This document shows positions 19,640-29,495 of a stretch of DNA of 62,862 nt, in pieces. This DNA is from Gammaproteobacteria bacterium. GTDB lineage: Bacteria > Pseudomonadota > Gammaproteobacteria > JAADJB01. The stretch lies in the NCBI GenBank assembly GCA_013151035.1, contig JAADJB010000018.1, forward strand, positions 1 to 62,862, written 5' to 3'. Under the pieces are notes generated by a model. The model saw only the letters and a list, made by a program, of their open reading frames with translations, was not told the DNA's origin and made no database searches. The translations under genes were made by a program, and so were the position numbers. Within the stretch, counting starts at the first letter, position 1. Each line of letters opens with the position of its first letter.

Positions 19640-20413
19640 TTATTTTTTCTTCAAGTGTTTTTGTTTTTGTTTCCACCACAAGTAACTACCGCTCAGGCTG
19701 AGTAATATTAGCAGGATGGCGGCAATATCCATCAACCATATTCCAGCATTACCCAGTATTCTACCGCTATGCAGATCGAGTAATACACGTTCTACCGTCA
19801 GGATATGGTTCATATAATTATCTTCTATCCTTGTGCGCATCTCGTCTGAAATGGCAGCAGGACTGTTTCCTGATGGTGGTGCCAGATTATCCACTCTTTC
19901 CCAGGTAAAGTCACCGATATGTCCACGGTAGTTAACCCCTGCACTCTTGAGAATAATTCTCCCTGAATGATCGCTACCAATCGCCTCAATGTTTTCGGGT
20001 AAGCCGGAACTTTCGTCCAGTATCTCGATGAGCTCTCCCTGTAAAGTGGTGATAATAAGTTGTTGCCGAGTGGCAATAATGATTTCCTCGTCCTGCTGTA
20101 TACCACCGATTAAGGGTGCTGCATGTTGTGTGACGGGGGTTGTATCCAGATAAATATATTCACCTAATTGACTCAGGCTATGTTCCGGTAAGGCATAGGA
20201 TGGTCCCAGGGCAGGTGGATGGATATTATACCAATTGAGTAACCCGCTGGACTGGATGTAATTTTTGTTGAATTCCAGTGTTTGACTGTGATTGATCAGG
20301 ATACCCGTGATTGCCAGAATCAGGACAAGGATTGCAGCGATGCCACCGATGTGGCGATGCCACAGATAGATGGATCGGAGCTTAACCTTTAGCCCTGCTT
20401 GCTTGCGGGTCAT
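19640..20413 (-). CDS. PepSY-associated TM-helix membrane protein
   Basis: ..IYLWHRHIGGIAAILVLILAITGIL.. N-terminal helix and a second C-terminal TM helix, as in PepSY_TM proteins. Confidence 0.65.
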   Translation of the reverse strand: MTRKQAGLKVKLRSIYLWHRHIGGIAAILVLILAITGILINHSQTLEFNKNYIQSSGLLNWYNIHPPALGPSYALPEHSLSQLGEYIYLDTTPVTQHAAPLIGGIQQDEEIIIATRQQLIITTLQGELIEILDESSGLPENIEAIGSDHSGRIILKSAGVNYRGHIGDFTWERVDNLAPPSGNSPAAISDEMRTRIEDNYMNHILTVERVLLDLHSGRILGNAGIWLMDIAAILLILLSLSGSYLWWKQKQKHLKKK

Positions 20414-21039
20414 AGTTGTTTCTTTATCTCGTTACTATAATACAGAGCCAGACGTGCCATTGCAGTGACGGCACGAACAGACAGGGTGGCCCCTGAAATA
20501 CCATCAATATCTTTGGTGAGTACATGTTCTTTGGTTATCTTTGCATCAATGAATTGATCGGTAAAGAAGGCGTGGCGCACCTCCCAGCCACGACTCTCAC
20601 GGAAGATCAGTATCTTGACGCGTTCGATCTTGCCTTGATTAACCACAATGCCAGCAGTAATGGGATGATCCTTGCCTGTCGCATCAAGAATCCAGGCACT
20701 ACGTGCGCCATATTCCCAGAAGCGCACACGTAGACTTCTAGGTCGTTCTCCGAGAATTTCTTCAACGGTCTGACGACGATCTTTGGTAACCCATAGCGTA
20801 TGGGAGAGCGGGGATACCCCTGCGAACACCTCTTTGATGAAGTCTCTTGGTTTTTGATAAACCTCATCGGCCAGTGATTGACCGATGGGGGATAGTAGAC
20901 AAAGAAGCAATATGAGACCTTTGCATGATACCGGCGCGAAAGAAAAATGAGCTGAAATTTTACTGATCGAGGCAGGAAACGCAGTTAATAGCGAGCTATT
21001 GACAAATTTTCTAACGAAAAGCAGTGAGATTTCAGTCAT
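20410..21039 (-). CDS. FMN-binding domain protein (secreted)
   Basis: FMN_bind motif DGISGATLS. A signal-peptide-like segment (KGLILLLCLLSPIGQSLA) suggests the true start may be the GTG near 20928. Translationally coupled to the PepSY gene. Confidence 0.6.
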   Translation of the reverse strand: MTEISLLFVRKFVNSSLLTAFPASISKISAHFSFAPVSCKGLILLLCLLSPIGQSLADEVYQKPRDFIKEVFAGVSPLSHTLWVTKDRRQTVEEILGERPRSLRVRFWEYGARSAWILDATGKDHPITAGIVVNQGKIERVKILIFRESRGWEVRHAFFTDQFIDAKITKEHVLTKDIDGISGATLSVRAVTAMARLALYYSNEIKKQL

Positions 21040-21112
21040 TTTTACTCGTGATTGTATTGTGCAAAGGTCTCATTATACTTCGTTTCATAAGAGGGTTTAC
21101 CCTGATAATGGA

Positions 21113-22309
21113 TTAAAACTGGTAACCAAGTCCAACATTAACACCATCATACTCGTCCTTGCCGGTGGGTGTTTTTTGGTTTTGATAATCAATCTTGACG
21201 ACAACATCTTTGTGAGGCCAGTAATTGGCACCAATATCCAGCTGTTTGTAGACACTGTCGGTGCTGTCACCCGCCTGATTATCCCAGCGATTATAACGTG
21301 TAAACAGCCCCCATTGGCTATTAATCTTGTAGGAGGGCTCGATGTACCAACCGGTTTGACGGTCATAACCGCTGGTCTTGTCACTAAGATTCCAGTCAGC
21401 ATACAGTGCGCGCAGGCTATAAGGTCCACGCTGTACTACGGCATGGGTCTCCCATAGCCGTGCCTGCCCCTTGCTTGCCAGTTGACCCTGATTGTAATCA
21501 TCCTGATACATCAGGGTGCTTGCTAACTCGACACCCTTCCAGCCAGCCCATTTGATGCGACCACTGAACAGGCCTGATTTAGCCGGGGCATTGGATACAT
21601 TGGTGCGTCCACTGCGTACCGTGTTAGCAGCCGATAGATCCAGGCCGGAGGTGTAGGCCAGATCATAGCTCCAACCTGCGCCCCAGCGACCTTTGAGCAT
21701 GGCACCTGCTTCACGCCATGTGGTGGGGATGATGTTCTTTTCAATAGGGTTGCGTTCGGTACCATAGAAGGTATTGGGTTCATGGGTCTCGTTAATGATG
21801 CCAACAGGTATCAGCTGCATACCCGCACGTATTCGGGTTTCCGGACTAATATCAAACTCAAGAAAGGCCTGCTCCATCTCAACGGCACCACCTGTTGCGC
21901 CCTCAATCATGGCGTGTTCAACTTCCAGTTCGGAGAAGAAGCGAATCTTGTCGTTGAACTGATGGTTCAGGAACATAACGAAGCGATGAAGATCGACGGT
22001 GTTTTTGTTGTCGCCACCGCCCACTGCCTGGTTGGTTAGACTATTGTAATGAAGCTCACCATAACCGCCGACCTGGGTCTTGCTGACTGTGGTGGGGCTA
22101 ACGGTGCTGATCTCATCAATGATATCGGCGCTGGCCTCGACCTCGTTGCGGGTCTGGTTTAAGGAGGCCTTCAGAGTCTGAATTTCCTGTTGTTGTTGTT
22201 GAATAAGATTCCACATCTCCTCCAGGCTTGGTGTGTTGGTGGCAGCGATCGCTGTGGAGCTGATCAAGAGGCTGCCGATGAGGGCTGAAAGAGGTTTGGA
22301 TAGCTTCAT
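21113..22309 (-). CDS. outer-membrane beta-barrel porin with N-terminal coiled-coil (OprO/P-like)
   Basis: Signal peptide, Q-rich coiled-coil, alternating beta-strand pattern and a C-terminal ..GLGYQF aromatic terminus. Confidence 0.55.
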   Translation of the reverse strand: MKLSKPLSALIGSLLISSTAIAATNTPSLEEMWNLIQQQQQEIQTLKASLNQTRNEVEASADIIDEISTVSPTTVSKTQVGGYGELHYNSLTNQAVGGGDNKNTVDLHRFVMFLNHQFNDKIRFFSELEVEHAMIEGATGGAVEMEQAFLEFDISPETRIRAGMQLIPVGIINETHEPNTFYGTERNPIEKNIIPTTWREAGAMLKGRWGAGWSYDLAYTSGLDLSAANTVRSGRTNVSNAPAKSGLFSGRIKWAGWKGVELASTLMYQDDYNQGQLASKGQARLWETHAVVQRGPYSLRALYADWNLSDKTSGYDRQTGWYIEPSYKINSQWGLFTRYNRWDNQAGDSTDSVYKQLDIGANYWPHKDVVVKIDYQNQKTPTGKDEYDGVNVGLGYQF

Positions 22310-22498
22310 TTTTTATTCCATTGTTATTAATGTGGATTAAGGATGTGTGTATTCTAGTATAAAAACAATATAAACACAAATCATTCTCATTTAGATTAGG
22401 TGGCTGTTAAAATCCATATAACTTCAATGCCAGATTTTTACTCAAGAAGTGCTAAACTCCCTCTCAGTTATCATTTTATGGTTTTTAAAGAGGAAACG

Positions 22499-22885
22499 AT
22501 GGTGAGTGAATCAGTAAATACTTTTAGCAAGATAATATCGAAGGATGAACTTTCTTTAAGCGCAATGGCTGAGGGCAAGATGGCTGAACTGTTTCAGTCG
22601 GCGGATGATGACCTGGAAGCGATTCGCGTTTTTGTCTCGGGTGGAGGTTGTGGTGGCATGGGTTATGGCATGACCTTTACCGATGCTTGTTCGGAGCAGG
22701 ATCGTGTGCTTGAGATGGATGGTTTCAAGATTTATGTCGATGTGGTTGCGATGGGATTTCTGCAGGGTGTGGAGATTGATTATGTTGATCGCCCGACGGG
22801 TGCCAGTTTTGTGTTTAATAATGCCTTTGCTGTCACCGGTGGCTCGGGTTCCTGTGGTGGCTGTGGATCGTCTGGTGGTGGCTGA
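22499..22885 (+). CDS. HesB/IscA-family iron-sulfur cluster insertion protein (atypical Gly-rich C-terminus)
   Basis: ..IRVFVSGGGCGGMGYGMTF.. and C-terminal ..SCGGCGSSGGG. The start was taken at MVSES; the listed ORF start at 22400 is probably non-coding. Confidence 0.7.
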   Translation: MVSESVNTFSKIISKDELSLSAMAEGKMAELFQSADDDLEAIRVFVSGGGCGGMGYGMTFTDACSEQDRVLEMDGFKIYVDVVAMGFLQGVEIDYVDRPTGASFVFNNAFAVTGGSGSCGGCGSSGGG

Positions 22886-22960
22886 TTTTTTAAGTAAGAC
22901 CTTATTGATAATCATTCTCATTCGTGTTTTAATGAGACCTTATTCGTTAAAGGTCTCACT

Positions 22961-23200
22961 ATGTACATATGTATTTGTAACCAGGTCACAGATAAACAGA
23001 TTAATGCTGCAATTGAGGACGGGGCGAGTTCCTTGTACGATTTGCGTAAGGAACTGGGTGTCGCGAACCAATGTGGACAATGTGGACAATGTGCCAGGGG
23101 GATGTTGAAAGAACACAGAATGAAGACCAGTGTTCATGTCCCTTTTATTGAACAGGTGCCTGCCACGTTATTAGCTGGTGCAATGCTTGCCAGCGACTAA
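22961..23200 (+). CDS. bfd: bacterioferritin-associated ferredoxin (BFD-like [2Fe-2S] domain)
   Basis: MYICICNQVTD..QCGQCGQCAR four-Cys motif. Confidence 0.85.
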   Translation: MYICICNQVTDKQINAAIEDGASSLYDLRKELGVANQCGQCGQCARGMLKEHRMKTSVHVPFIEQVPATLLAGAMLASD

Positions 23201-23203
23201 TTA

Positions 23204-23683
23204 TTGAAGGAATCGATGATGCAAGGTGATCAATCTATAACAAGGCTCCTCAACCCGTTGTTGAAGAATGAGCTTACCGCTGTTAATCAGTTTTTCCTCC
23301 ATGCCCGTATGTATAAACACTGGGGTCTGGGTGGTTTGAATGAGCATACCTATAAGGCCTCTATTAAGGCGATGAAGCAGGCCGATGATTTGATTGAGCG
23401 GGTGCTCTTTCTGGAAGGTTTGCCGAACCTGCAAGATTTGGGTAAGTTACTGATCGGTGAAGATACGCAGGAAATGTTACAAAGCGATCTGGCCCTTGTT
23501 ATCCGTATGCGAAGTGAATTGGTACGGGCGATTCCTCAGTGTGAGTTAGTCGGTGATTATGTCAGCCGCGACCTATTGGAGGATATGCTGGAATACACAG
23601 AAGGATATCTGGACTGGTTGGAGACCCAATTAACCCTGATCGACAAATTGGGTATTAAAAACTATTTACAGGCAATGATGTAA
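23204..23683 (+). CDS. bfr: bacterioferritin subunit, heme-binding type (ferroxidase ligands substituted)
   Basis: Bfr fold; Met at the heme-ligand position (..IKAMKQAD..). Positions equivalent to E51, H54 and H130 read A, Q and Y. Confidence 0.85.
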   Translation: MKESMMQGDQSITRLLNPLLKNELTAVNQFFLHARMYKHWGLGGLNEHTYKASIKAMKQADDLIERVLFLEGLPNLQDLGKLLIGEDTQEMLQSDLALVIRMRSELVRAIPQCELVGDYVSRDLLEDMLEYTEGYLDWLETQLTLIDKLGIKNYLQAMM

Positions 23684-23695
23684 GGAGCAAGAACA

Positions 23696-24163
23696 ATGAA
23701 AGGTAATAACGCAATTATTGATACCCTCAACGAACTCCTTGCCGGTGAACTGACTGCGATGGATCAGTATTTTATTCATTCACGCATGTTTGATGATTGG
23801 GGCTTCTCCAAGCTGTATGAACGTATTGATCATGAGATGGATGATGAGAAGCAACATGCTGATCTGTTGATTAAACGGATCCTGTTTCTGGAAGGTAAGC
23901 CAGATCTGTCCAGTCGTAGTGCGCTTCATATTGGCGGTGATGTGCCCGAAATGCTACGCAATGACCTTGGATTGGAGCAAAGCGTAATTGCCGCCCTCAA
24001 AAAGGCGATTGCCCGTTGTGAGCAAGAGGGTGATTATCAGACGCGTGAGATCCTTGAGGTAATGCTGGCAGATACTGAGGAAGATCATACCTATTGGTTG
24101 GAGAAACAACTGGGTTTGATTGATAAAATTGGTTTGCAGAATTATTTGCAATCACAGCTGTGA
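23696..24163 (+). CDS. bfr: bacterioferritin subunit, ferroxidase type (no heme Met)
   Basis: ..DDEKQHAD.. has E and H at the ferroxidase positions and K at the Met52-equivalent. The EEDHTYW ferroxidase His is present. Confidence 0.85.
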   Translation: MKGNNAIIDTLNELLAGELTAMDQYFIHSRMFDDWGFSKLYERIDHEMDDEKQHADLLIKRILFLEGKPDLSSRSALHIGGDVPEMLRNDLGLEQSVIAALKKAIARCEQEGDYQTREILEVMLADTEEDHTYWLEKQLGLIDKIGLQNYLQSQL

Positions 24164-24191
24164 GTTTTTTACTGCGCAGTGCGCATCCTAC

Positions 24192-25370
24192 CTAAACTGC
24201 TGCCTGGAAATTAATGCTACTGCATTTCTCCGCTGTTGAACGGGATAGATTGTTGGTAAAACTTATATAGGCCGGGTGTTGTTGGTGATTGTCCGCTATC
24301 TTTGAGTGACAAAAACGTACCAGCCAGGTGTATTGCTGCTGTGTACTGTCTTGTCCTGCCTTACTTATAAAAACTTCACGCACGCCGGGAATGGAAGAAA
24401 ACATCCGGCAACCCTCTGCCATTATTGTTTCAACCTGGGGCAGGTTTATACCTTCAGCCTTGTAAATCAGTATATGTTCAACCGGTGTCCACGATTGACA
24501 TCGGGTCAATACCTCGGCCGCTCGTCCTGCTGCCCCCCACAGGCGCATGCAACGTTCAACCTCGGCGGCAATAGCCTGTTTAATGTCTTTCTGCACGCGA
24601 GTGTATCCATTAGAAGACGTTTTTTTTGTGTTTTTCCTGAGTTGTTTTTCCTCCACATCCGATAAGGCAGTAAAACAGTTGATTTTGGCTACGCCGTGGC
24701 AAATCAAGCGGTGAAACTGGTCATCCGATAGACCGCTACCACCGTGTATAACCAGCGGAATACCCAGTGATTCATTAATCTGTTTCAGGCGTTGATAGTC
24801 CAGCCTGGGTTTGCCCTTCATGTGTCCATGTACGGTACCAATGGACACCGCAAGAAAATCCACCCCGGTTCGTTCTACATAGGCCTTGGCCTCTGCCACT
24901 GAGGTATAGGCAAGATCACCGGGATAGTGTTCAGCACCTTGCCCTTCAACACCGGGGATGTAACCGAGTTCACCCTCCACTGCGATGCCACAGGCATGTG
25001 CTGTATCAACCACCTGTTTAGTTGTACGGGTGTTTTCAGAAAAGTCCTGGTGAGAGAGATCGACAAGTACGCCATTACAGCCTTGATTAATGCCTCTGAC
25101 TGCGGACTCAAGGCTGGTAGCATGATCAAAATGAATGGCTACTGGCACCAGGGAGCGTTTTGCTGCGACTTCTACCGCAGGAATCAGCAGTTCAAAATCA
25201 TAATATTCAAAGTGTGATTCAGCCAGACTCAGGATCACAGGTGCGCGCGCTTGTTCTGCTGCCATCATGATGCCTTCTAAAGAATCCAGGTTGGTTACCT
25301 CAAAGGCACCTACTGCGTAACCATGTTGGTAGGCGTGTTGTAGCATATCTTTCATATCAACGACTGGCAT
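24192..25370 (-). CDS. fba: class II fructose/sedoheptulose-bisphosphate aldolase (Calvin-cycle CbbA type) fused to a C-terminal Dabb-like stress-responsive domain
   Basis: MPVVDMKDMLQHAYQHGYAVGAFEVTN.., metal ligands ..HFDHA.., ..HGGSG... About 90 extra C-terminal residues (VEHILIYKAEG..IPGV..QQYTWLVRF..HPAYISF) match the Dabb A/B-barrel pattern. Confidence 0.8.
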   Translation of the reverse strand: MPVVDMKDMLQHAYQHGYAVGAFEVTNLDSLEGIMMAAEQARAPVILSLAESHFEYYDFELLIPAVEVAAKRSLVPVAIHFDHATSLESAVRGINQGCNGVLVDLSHQDFSENTRTTKQVVDTAHACGIAVEGELGYIPGVEGQGAEHYPGDLAYTSVAEAKAYVERTGVDFLAVSIGTVHGHMKGKPRLDYQRLKQINESLGIPLVIHGGSGLSDDQFHRLICHGVAKINCFTALSDVEEKQLRKNTKKTSSNGYTRVQKDIKQAIAAEVERCMRLWGAAGRAAEVLTRCQSWTPVEHILIYKAEGINLPQVETIMAEGCRMFSSIPGVREVFISKAGQDSTQQQYTWLVRFCHSKIADNHQQHPAYISFTNNLSRSTAEKCSSINFQAAV

Positions 25371-25396
25371 CGTTTGTTCCCTCGTGATTTAATTCA

Positions 25397-27742
25397 TTAC
25401 CCGGTAAGACTGGCAAACAATAATGGCAGTTGCTCGGGTAGACGGTCGACATGTTCGATTATGGTATAGTTATTTTCACCAAAAATACGTTTCACATAAC
25501 TATCGGCATGTGGGTCCAGAGTCAGGCAGTAGGTGAGAACGCCGGTGGAATATAATTCTTCGACGGCCTTTTTGGTGTCATGGCGTAAATGCTGTGGATC
25601 CTGTTCATCAATATCGGCTGGCTCGCCATCGGTGACCAGCAGGATAAGTTTGCGTCGCTCCTGTTGCTTTAACAGGTGGTGTCCAGCATGGCGCAGCGCC
25701 GCACCCATGCGAGTGGATAAGCCTCCCGTCATGCCTGCGAGACGTGATTTAGCCTCGTCATCAAAGTGCTGATTAAAATCCTTGAAGCGATAATATTGCA
25801 CATCGTGGCGACCATCAGAGGCAAAGCCGTGTAGCGCGAAGGGATCACCAATGCCATCAATGGCAGTGGCAACCAGAGTGGCCGCTTCACGCGTTAGTTG
25901 CAGGATAGTTTTATCCGAGTCACCCACCTTTTCATTGGTGGATTCGGATAGATCGAGTAATACTACAACGGAAAGATCACGGGTTTTTAACACGTTGCGC
26001 ATGGTAATGCGTGGGTTGGGTTGTTCACCCATGCGTAGTGATATCATGGCATCTACTGCCGCATTAATATCGATCTCATCGCCGTCTTCCATACCACGTT
26101 GGCGTTGTACACCAGCCGGGGTTAGCAGGTCGATGATTTGTCGAATGCGATGTGCAATCGGTTTGTGTTCGGTGAGAATATTATCAATATCCTCCGGGTT
26201 GCCTTTAGGCAGACGACGTTCATACACTGTCGCCCAGTCCGGACGATGGAGCTGAATCTGGTAATCCCATTCCTGATAATGGAAGGGATCAGATACCGGC
26301 TCTTTGCCCCATTCAGCGTTAAAACTTTTGGCGTTATCAGTCAGGTCGTCTTCATAGAAACGCATTAAATCCGAGCAAGTCCATATCTCCTGCGCATCAT
26401 TACCAGCCAGTTCACAGTCGACTTCATGTGCCATCATCAGCGGGCTAACCTGACGGCGAACCTGGCGCTGGCTGGCCGCCATGTATTCAATTCCTGAATC
26501 CCAGTTGATATCTTCGAAGTGCCAGATAATACGATTATCATCACGATAAGGGATGCGGTAGCGTTCCAGAATACGCAAGCTGGGAACCGCTTTGCGACTA
26601 GCGAATATATTATATAACTCGACACCCATCAGCCAAGCGAAGTGGTTATCATCCTGGTTATGTTCGATACTGGCATGAAACTTTTCAACAAAGTTGTTGA
26701 GTGCTTCATCATCATTTTTTATGCTGCTATCCAGTAGTTGTAGTGCCAGATTTTCCAGCACAGGTACCGTTTCGTGTTCGACAGATTCTTTATACTCAGC
26801 CTGCATCAATGATCGCCATAGTTTTTTCAGACCGGGGAAACTATTGATAGCCTTGTATTCGATGCGTGCATCTTCCAGCAGGCCGATGAAAAACATCTGT
26901 GCCGGGCTGAGTTGTTCGGCTGACATGGAGGCACTGGTGTAGATCATGTGCGATGCCATGTGTGCGACGGTGGCACGATACAGTTCGAGACCAGCGATGT
27001 CTGCTACGTCATCGAGGGCATCGGGTACATAGAGAATGCGATCTTCGACATAGGGGCGAAAATCAGTGTAGTCAGCACCCGTTGGACGAATGAAAAAATC
27101 ACGCCCCCACAAGGCACGCAGGTAGAAGTTCAATTTGCGTTGTACTTTAACAAACAGTACGCCACGGCGTTCTTTTTCCAGCATAGCGCGGCTATCCGCT
27201 GACTCCAGGTTGAAATAGGAAGTCAGGTTATTAAAGTCGCGACGATAGGCCTGCGCACCAAAATTCGCCCAGCGCCGTAGACCGCTCAGGGTTAACTTTG
27301 ATAATAGTTCATCAATGTGGCTTAGCATGGGTCGTAAACCACGCGCAGCAGTTGACGCTAACTGATGAATCAGGGTGAGATAACCGCGTACCAGTTGGGC
27401 ATCACCGAGGCGTTTGGCTACAGTCGGCAAGCTGGAAAACATCAGGGTGATGACCTCGCCCGAGGTCATTGATGAAACCTTCATGGCAGCGGTAATGCAG
27501 TCGGGGATAATATCTTCGCCACACTCTTTGGCAACTAATGGCATTTCTTCCAGGTAGGTGATAACAAGGTCGGGGCCACGACGAAGATTACTTAGTGCAC
27601 GGGCACCGTCCATATAATCGCCTAGTCCGGCAGGTGACATGATGCGTGCAGCTTCGTGAAAAGTGCTATCAAGAATATCCCTTATCTCTGGTGCTGCCTG
27701 CTCCAGAAATTCTGCATAATCTTCAAGTTTGATAGACGACAT
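25397..27742 (-). CDS. cbbO: RuBisCO activation protein CbbO (C-terminal von Willebrand factor A domain)
   Basis: 781 aa. C-terminal VWA/MIDAS segment (VVVLLDLSESTNEK.., LVTDGEPADID). Position after cbbQ supports the call. Confidence 0.9.
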   Translation of the reverse strand: MSSIKLEDYAEFLEQAAPEIRDILDSTFHEAARIMSPAGLGDYMDGARALSNLRRGPDLVITYLEEMPLVAKECGEDIIPDCITAAMKVSSMTSGEVITLMFSSLPTVAKRLGDAQLVRGYLTLIHQLASTAARGLRPMLSHIDELLSKLTLSGLRRWANFGAQAYRRDFNNLTSYFNLESADSRAMLEKERRGVLFVKVQRKLNFYLRALWGRDFFIRPTGADYTDFRPYVEDRILYVPDALDDVADIAGLELYRATVAHMASHMIYTSASMSAEQLSPAQMFFIGLLEDARIEYKAINSFPGLKKLWRSLMQAEYKESVEHETVPVLENLALQLLDSSIKNDDEALNNFVEKFHASIEHNQDDNHFAWLMGVELYNIFASRKAVPSLRILERYRIPYRDDNRIIWHFEDINWDSGIEYMAASQRQVRRQVSPLMMAHEVDCELAGNDAQEIWTCSDLMRFYEDDLTDNAKSFNAEWGKEPVSDPFHYQEWDYQIQLHRPDWATVYERRLPKGNPEDIDNILTEHKPIAHRIRQIIDLLTPAGVQRQRGMEDGDEIDINAAVDAMISLRMGEQPNPRITMRNVLKTRDLSVVVLLDLSESTNEKVGDSDKTILQLTREAATLVATAIDGIGDPFALHGFASDGRHDVQYYRFKDFNQHFDDEAKSRLAGMTGGLSTRMGAALRHAGHHLLKQQERRKLILLVTDGEPADIDEQDPQHLRHDTKKAVEELYSTGVLTYCLTLDPHADSYVKRIFGENNYTIIEHVDRLPEQLPLLFASLTG

Positions 27743-27772
27743 AGCGGTATACCCTATTGGGTGGTTTGTTTT

Positions 27773-28588
27773 TTAGCCCAGGAAGGTCTGTACAGCAGCA
27801 TTCAGGGTGTCGCGCATATCAGGATCATCCGTTAATGGCGTTACCATGGTAATACTACAGGCGGCCTCGGCATCAACACCTTTGTTGATTAGCTGTCCAG
27901 CATAAACCAACAGACGGGTGGAGATACCTTCATCCAGACCGTGACCTTTCAGGTTACGGGCACGGTGTGCGATCTGTACCAGTTTTTCTGCAATGTCTTT
28001 GTCCACGCCAGATTCTTTGCATACAATCGCGACTTCCAGTTCGGTTTCCGGGTAATCAAAATCCAGCCCACCAAAACGTTGTTTGGTGGATTGTTTGAGA
28101 TCTTTCATTAAACTCTGATAACCGGGGTTATAAGAAATTACCAGCTGAAAATCCGGGTGCGCTTTGATCAGTTCACCTTTTTTGTCCAGCGGTAAAGAGC
28201 GGCGATGGTCGGTTAGTGGATGGATGACAACGGTGGTGTCCTGACGTGCTTCTACTACTTCGTCAAGGTAACAGATGGCACCGATACGTGCAGCCATGGT
28301 CAGTGGGCCATCCTGCCATTTGGTGCCGTCTTTATCGAGCAGAAAACGTCCCACTAAATCGGATGCGGTCATATCTTCATTACAGGCGACGGTTATCAAT
28401 GGACGTTGTAGTTTCCATGCCATGTATTCGACAAAGCGGGATTTACCACAGCCAGTGGGGCCTTTCAACATCATTGGCATACGTACATCGTAGGCGGCCT
28501 GGTAGAGTTCTATCTCTTTACCAATGGCTTCGTAGTAAGGTTCATCCTTGATGATGTACTGTTCTGGATCTACTCTTGTATCAGTCAT
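27773..28588 (-). CDS. cbbQ: RuBisCO activase CbbQ (MoxR-type AAA+ ATPase)
   Basis: Walker A GPTGCGKS. About 270 aa with high similarity to the CbbQ/NirQ/NorQ family. Confidence 0.95.
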   Translation of the reverse strand: MTDTRVDPEQYIIKDEPYYEAIGKEIELYQAAYDVRMPMMLKGPTGCGKSRFVEYMAWKLQRPLITVACNEDMTASDLVGRFLLDKDGTKWQDGPLTMAARIGAICYLDEVVEARQDTTVVIHPLTDHRRSLPLDKKGELIKAHPDFQLVISYNPGYQSLMKDLKQSTKQRFGGLDFDYPETELEVAIVCKESGVDKDIAEKLVQIAHRARNLKGHGLDEGISTRLLVYAGQLINKGVDAEAACSITMVTPLTDDPDMRDTLNAAVQTFLG

Positions 28589-28618
28589 AGTTGCACCTGC
28601 TTACACTTGTGTTTGAGT

Positions 28619-28931
28619 TTATTCGTCTTCGTCATTGGTTTCGCATTCGCCTGACCAGCCTGCGGCTTTTGCCTTTTGTCTGGCCAATGCATAAATTCTT
28701 TGGTGACGCTGTGCTAATGGATCGGGTAACTGGCTGACCAAACAGCCGTGCTTATCCCACTCGGTATTCACTTTTTGCAACAAAGCGTCAATCCCGGCCA
28801 GGTTCCAGCCTTCACAAGTTTCGTTTTCTTCGATGAGGCCAAACATCCAGCCATCACGGATGATCTTGCCAATACTGGTCATGCCACCATTGATTTCGTT
28901 ATCAATGCCGATATATTTATCTGGTTTGCTC
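28619..28931 (-). CDS. small hypothetical protein inside the cbbLS-QO operon
   Basis: Start taken at MSKPDKYIG. The longer listed ORF runs into MITE copy D. No recognised motif; acidic C-terminal tail. Confidence 0.45.
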
Positions 28932-28966
28932 ATGATTATTTCACCTGTGAAATTATCTGGTAAGTT

Positions 28967-29038
28967 CGAGGCATGAATCACGCTTCTCTGATAGAGAAAC
29001 GCAATCCCTGTCTCTTGAGTTAACGGGGCAGCGATTGT
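28967..29038. repeat. MITE-like element, copy D (internally deleted derivative)
   Basis: Retains the outer arms ggtaagttcgag...ctcttgagttaacggggcag. The inner region is collapsed. Confidence 0.7.
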
Positions 29039-29062
29039 GAAACTCAGGGGTGATATGTGCCG

Positions 29063-29410
29063 TTACACAGTTTTTCCACGATATATAACCATCGACGCGC
29101 CCGCTGATTGAGCGAAGTTGTCAAAACCCAGCAGACGAACGTGGTTGTCTGGATGAGCGGTATGACAAGCTTCAACCTCTTTCAGGATTGCATCAACATC
29201 GGTTTCACCAAACATGGGCAGTTTCCACATATACCAGTAATGGCCATTAGCATTCTCTGGTTCGGTGTGTTCGATGCCTGGGTTCCAGCCCTTGCTGACG
29301 ATGTATTCGATCTGCTGACGCGTCTGCTCAGCTGTCATCGGTGGCAGATATGAGAATGTTTCAAACTTGCGGCTTGAGGTATTACTCAAACTTGATTCAT
29401 AATCTTGCAT
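29063..29410 (-). CDS. cbbS: RuBisCO small subunit, form IA
   Basis: 115 aa. ..[31 protein letters not shown]... Confidence 0.95.
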   Translation of the reverse strand: MQDYESSLSNTSSRKFETFSYLPPMTAEQTRQQIEYIVSKGWNPGIEHTEPENANGHYWYMWKLPMFGETDVDAILKEVEACHTAHPDNHVRLLGFDNFAQSAGASMVIYRGKTV

Positions 29411-29449
29411 TTTTATTGCTCCAGATAGAGTTAACTATTTTGTTGTTAG

Positions 29450-29484
29450 TCAGGTCGGGAACCTGATCCTGGTTCCCGACCTGA
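29450..29484 (-). other. perfect 14-bp-stem hairpin in the cbbL-cbbS intergenic region
   Basis: tcaggtcgggaacc tgatcctg ggttcccgacctga. Confidence 0.6.
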
Positions 29485-29495
29485 CAATTAAAAAA

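Noticed and set aside
22400-22498. Longer upstream extension of the IscA-like ORF (MAVKIHITSMPDFYSR...)
   Set aside because: The extension lies in AT-rich promoter-like sequence. The family-typical N-terminus begins at MVSES (22499).
28932-28981. N-terminal extension of the small cbb-operon ORF (MIHASNLPDNFTGEIIMSK..)
   Set aside because: The extension is encoded by MITE copy D, so the real start is more likely the internal ATG at 28931.
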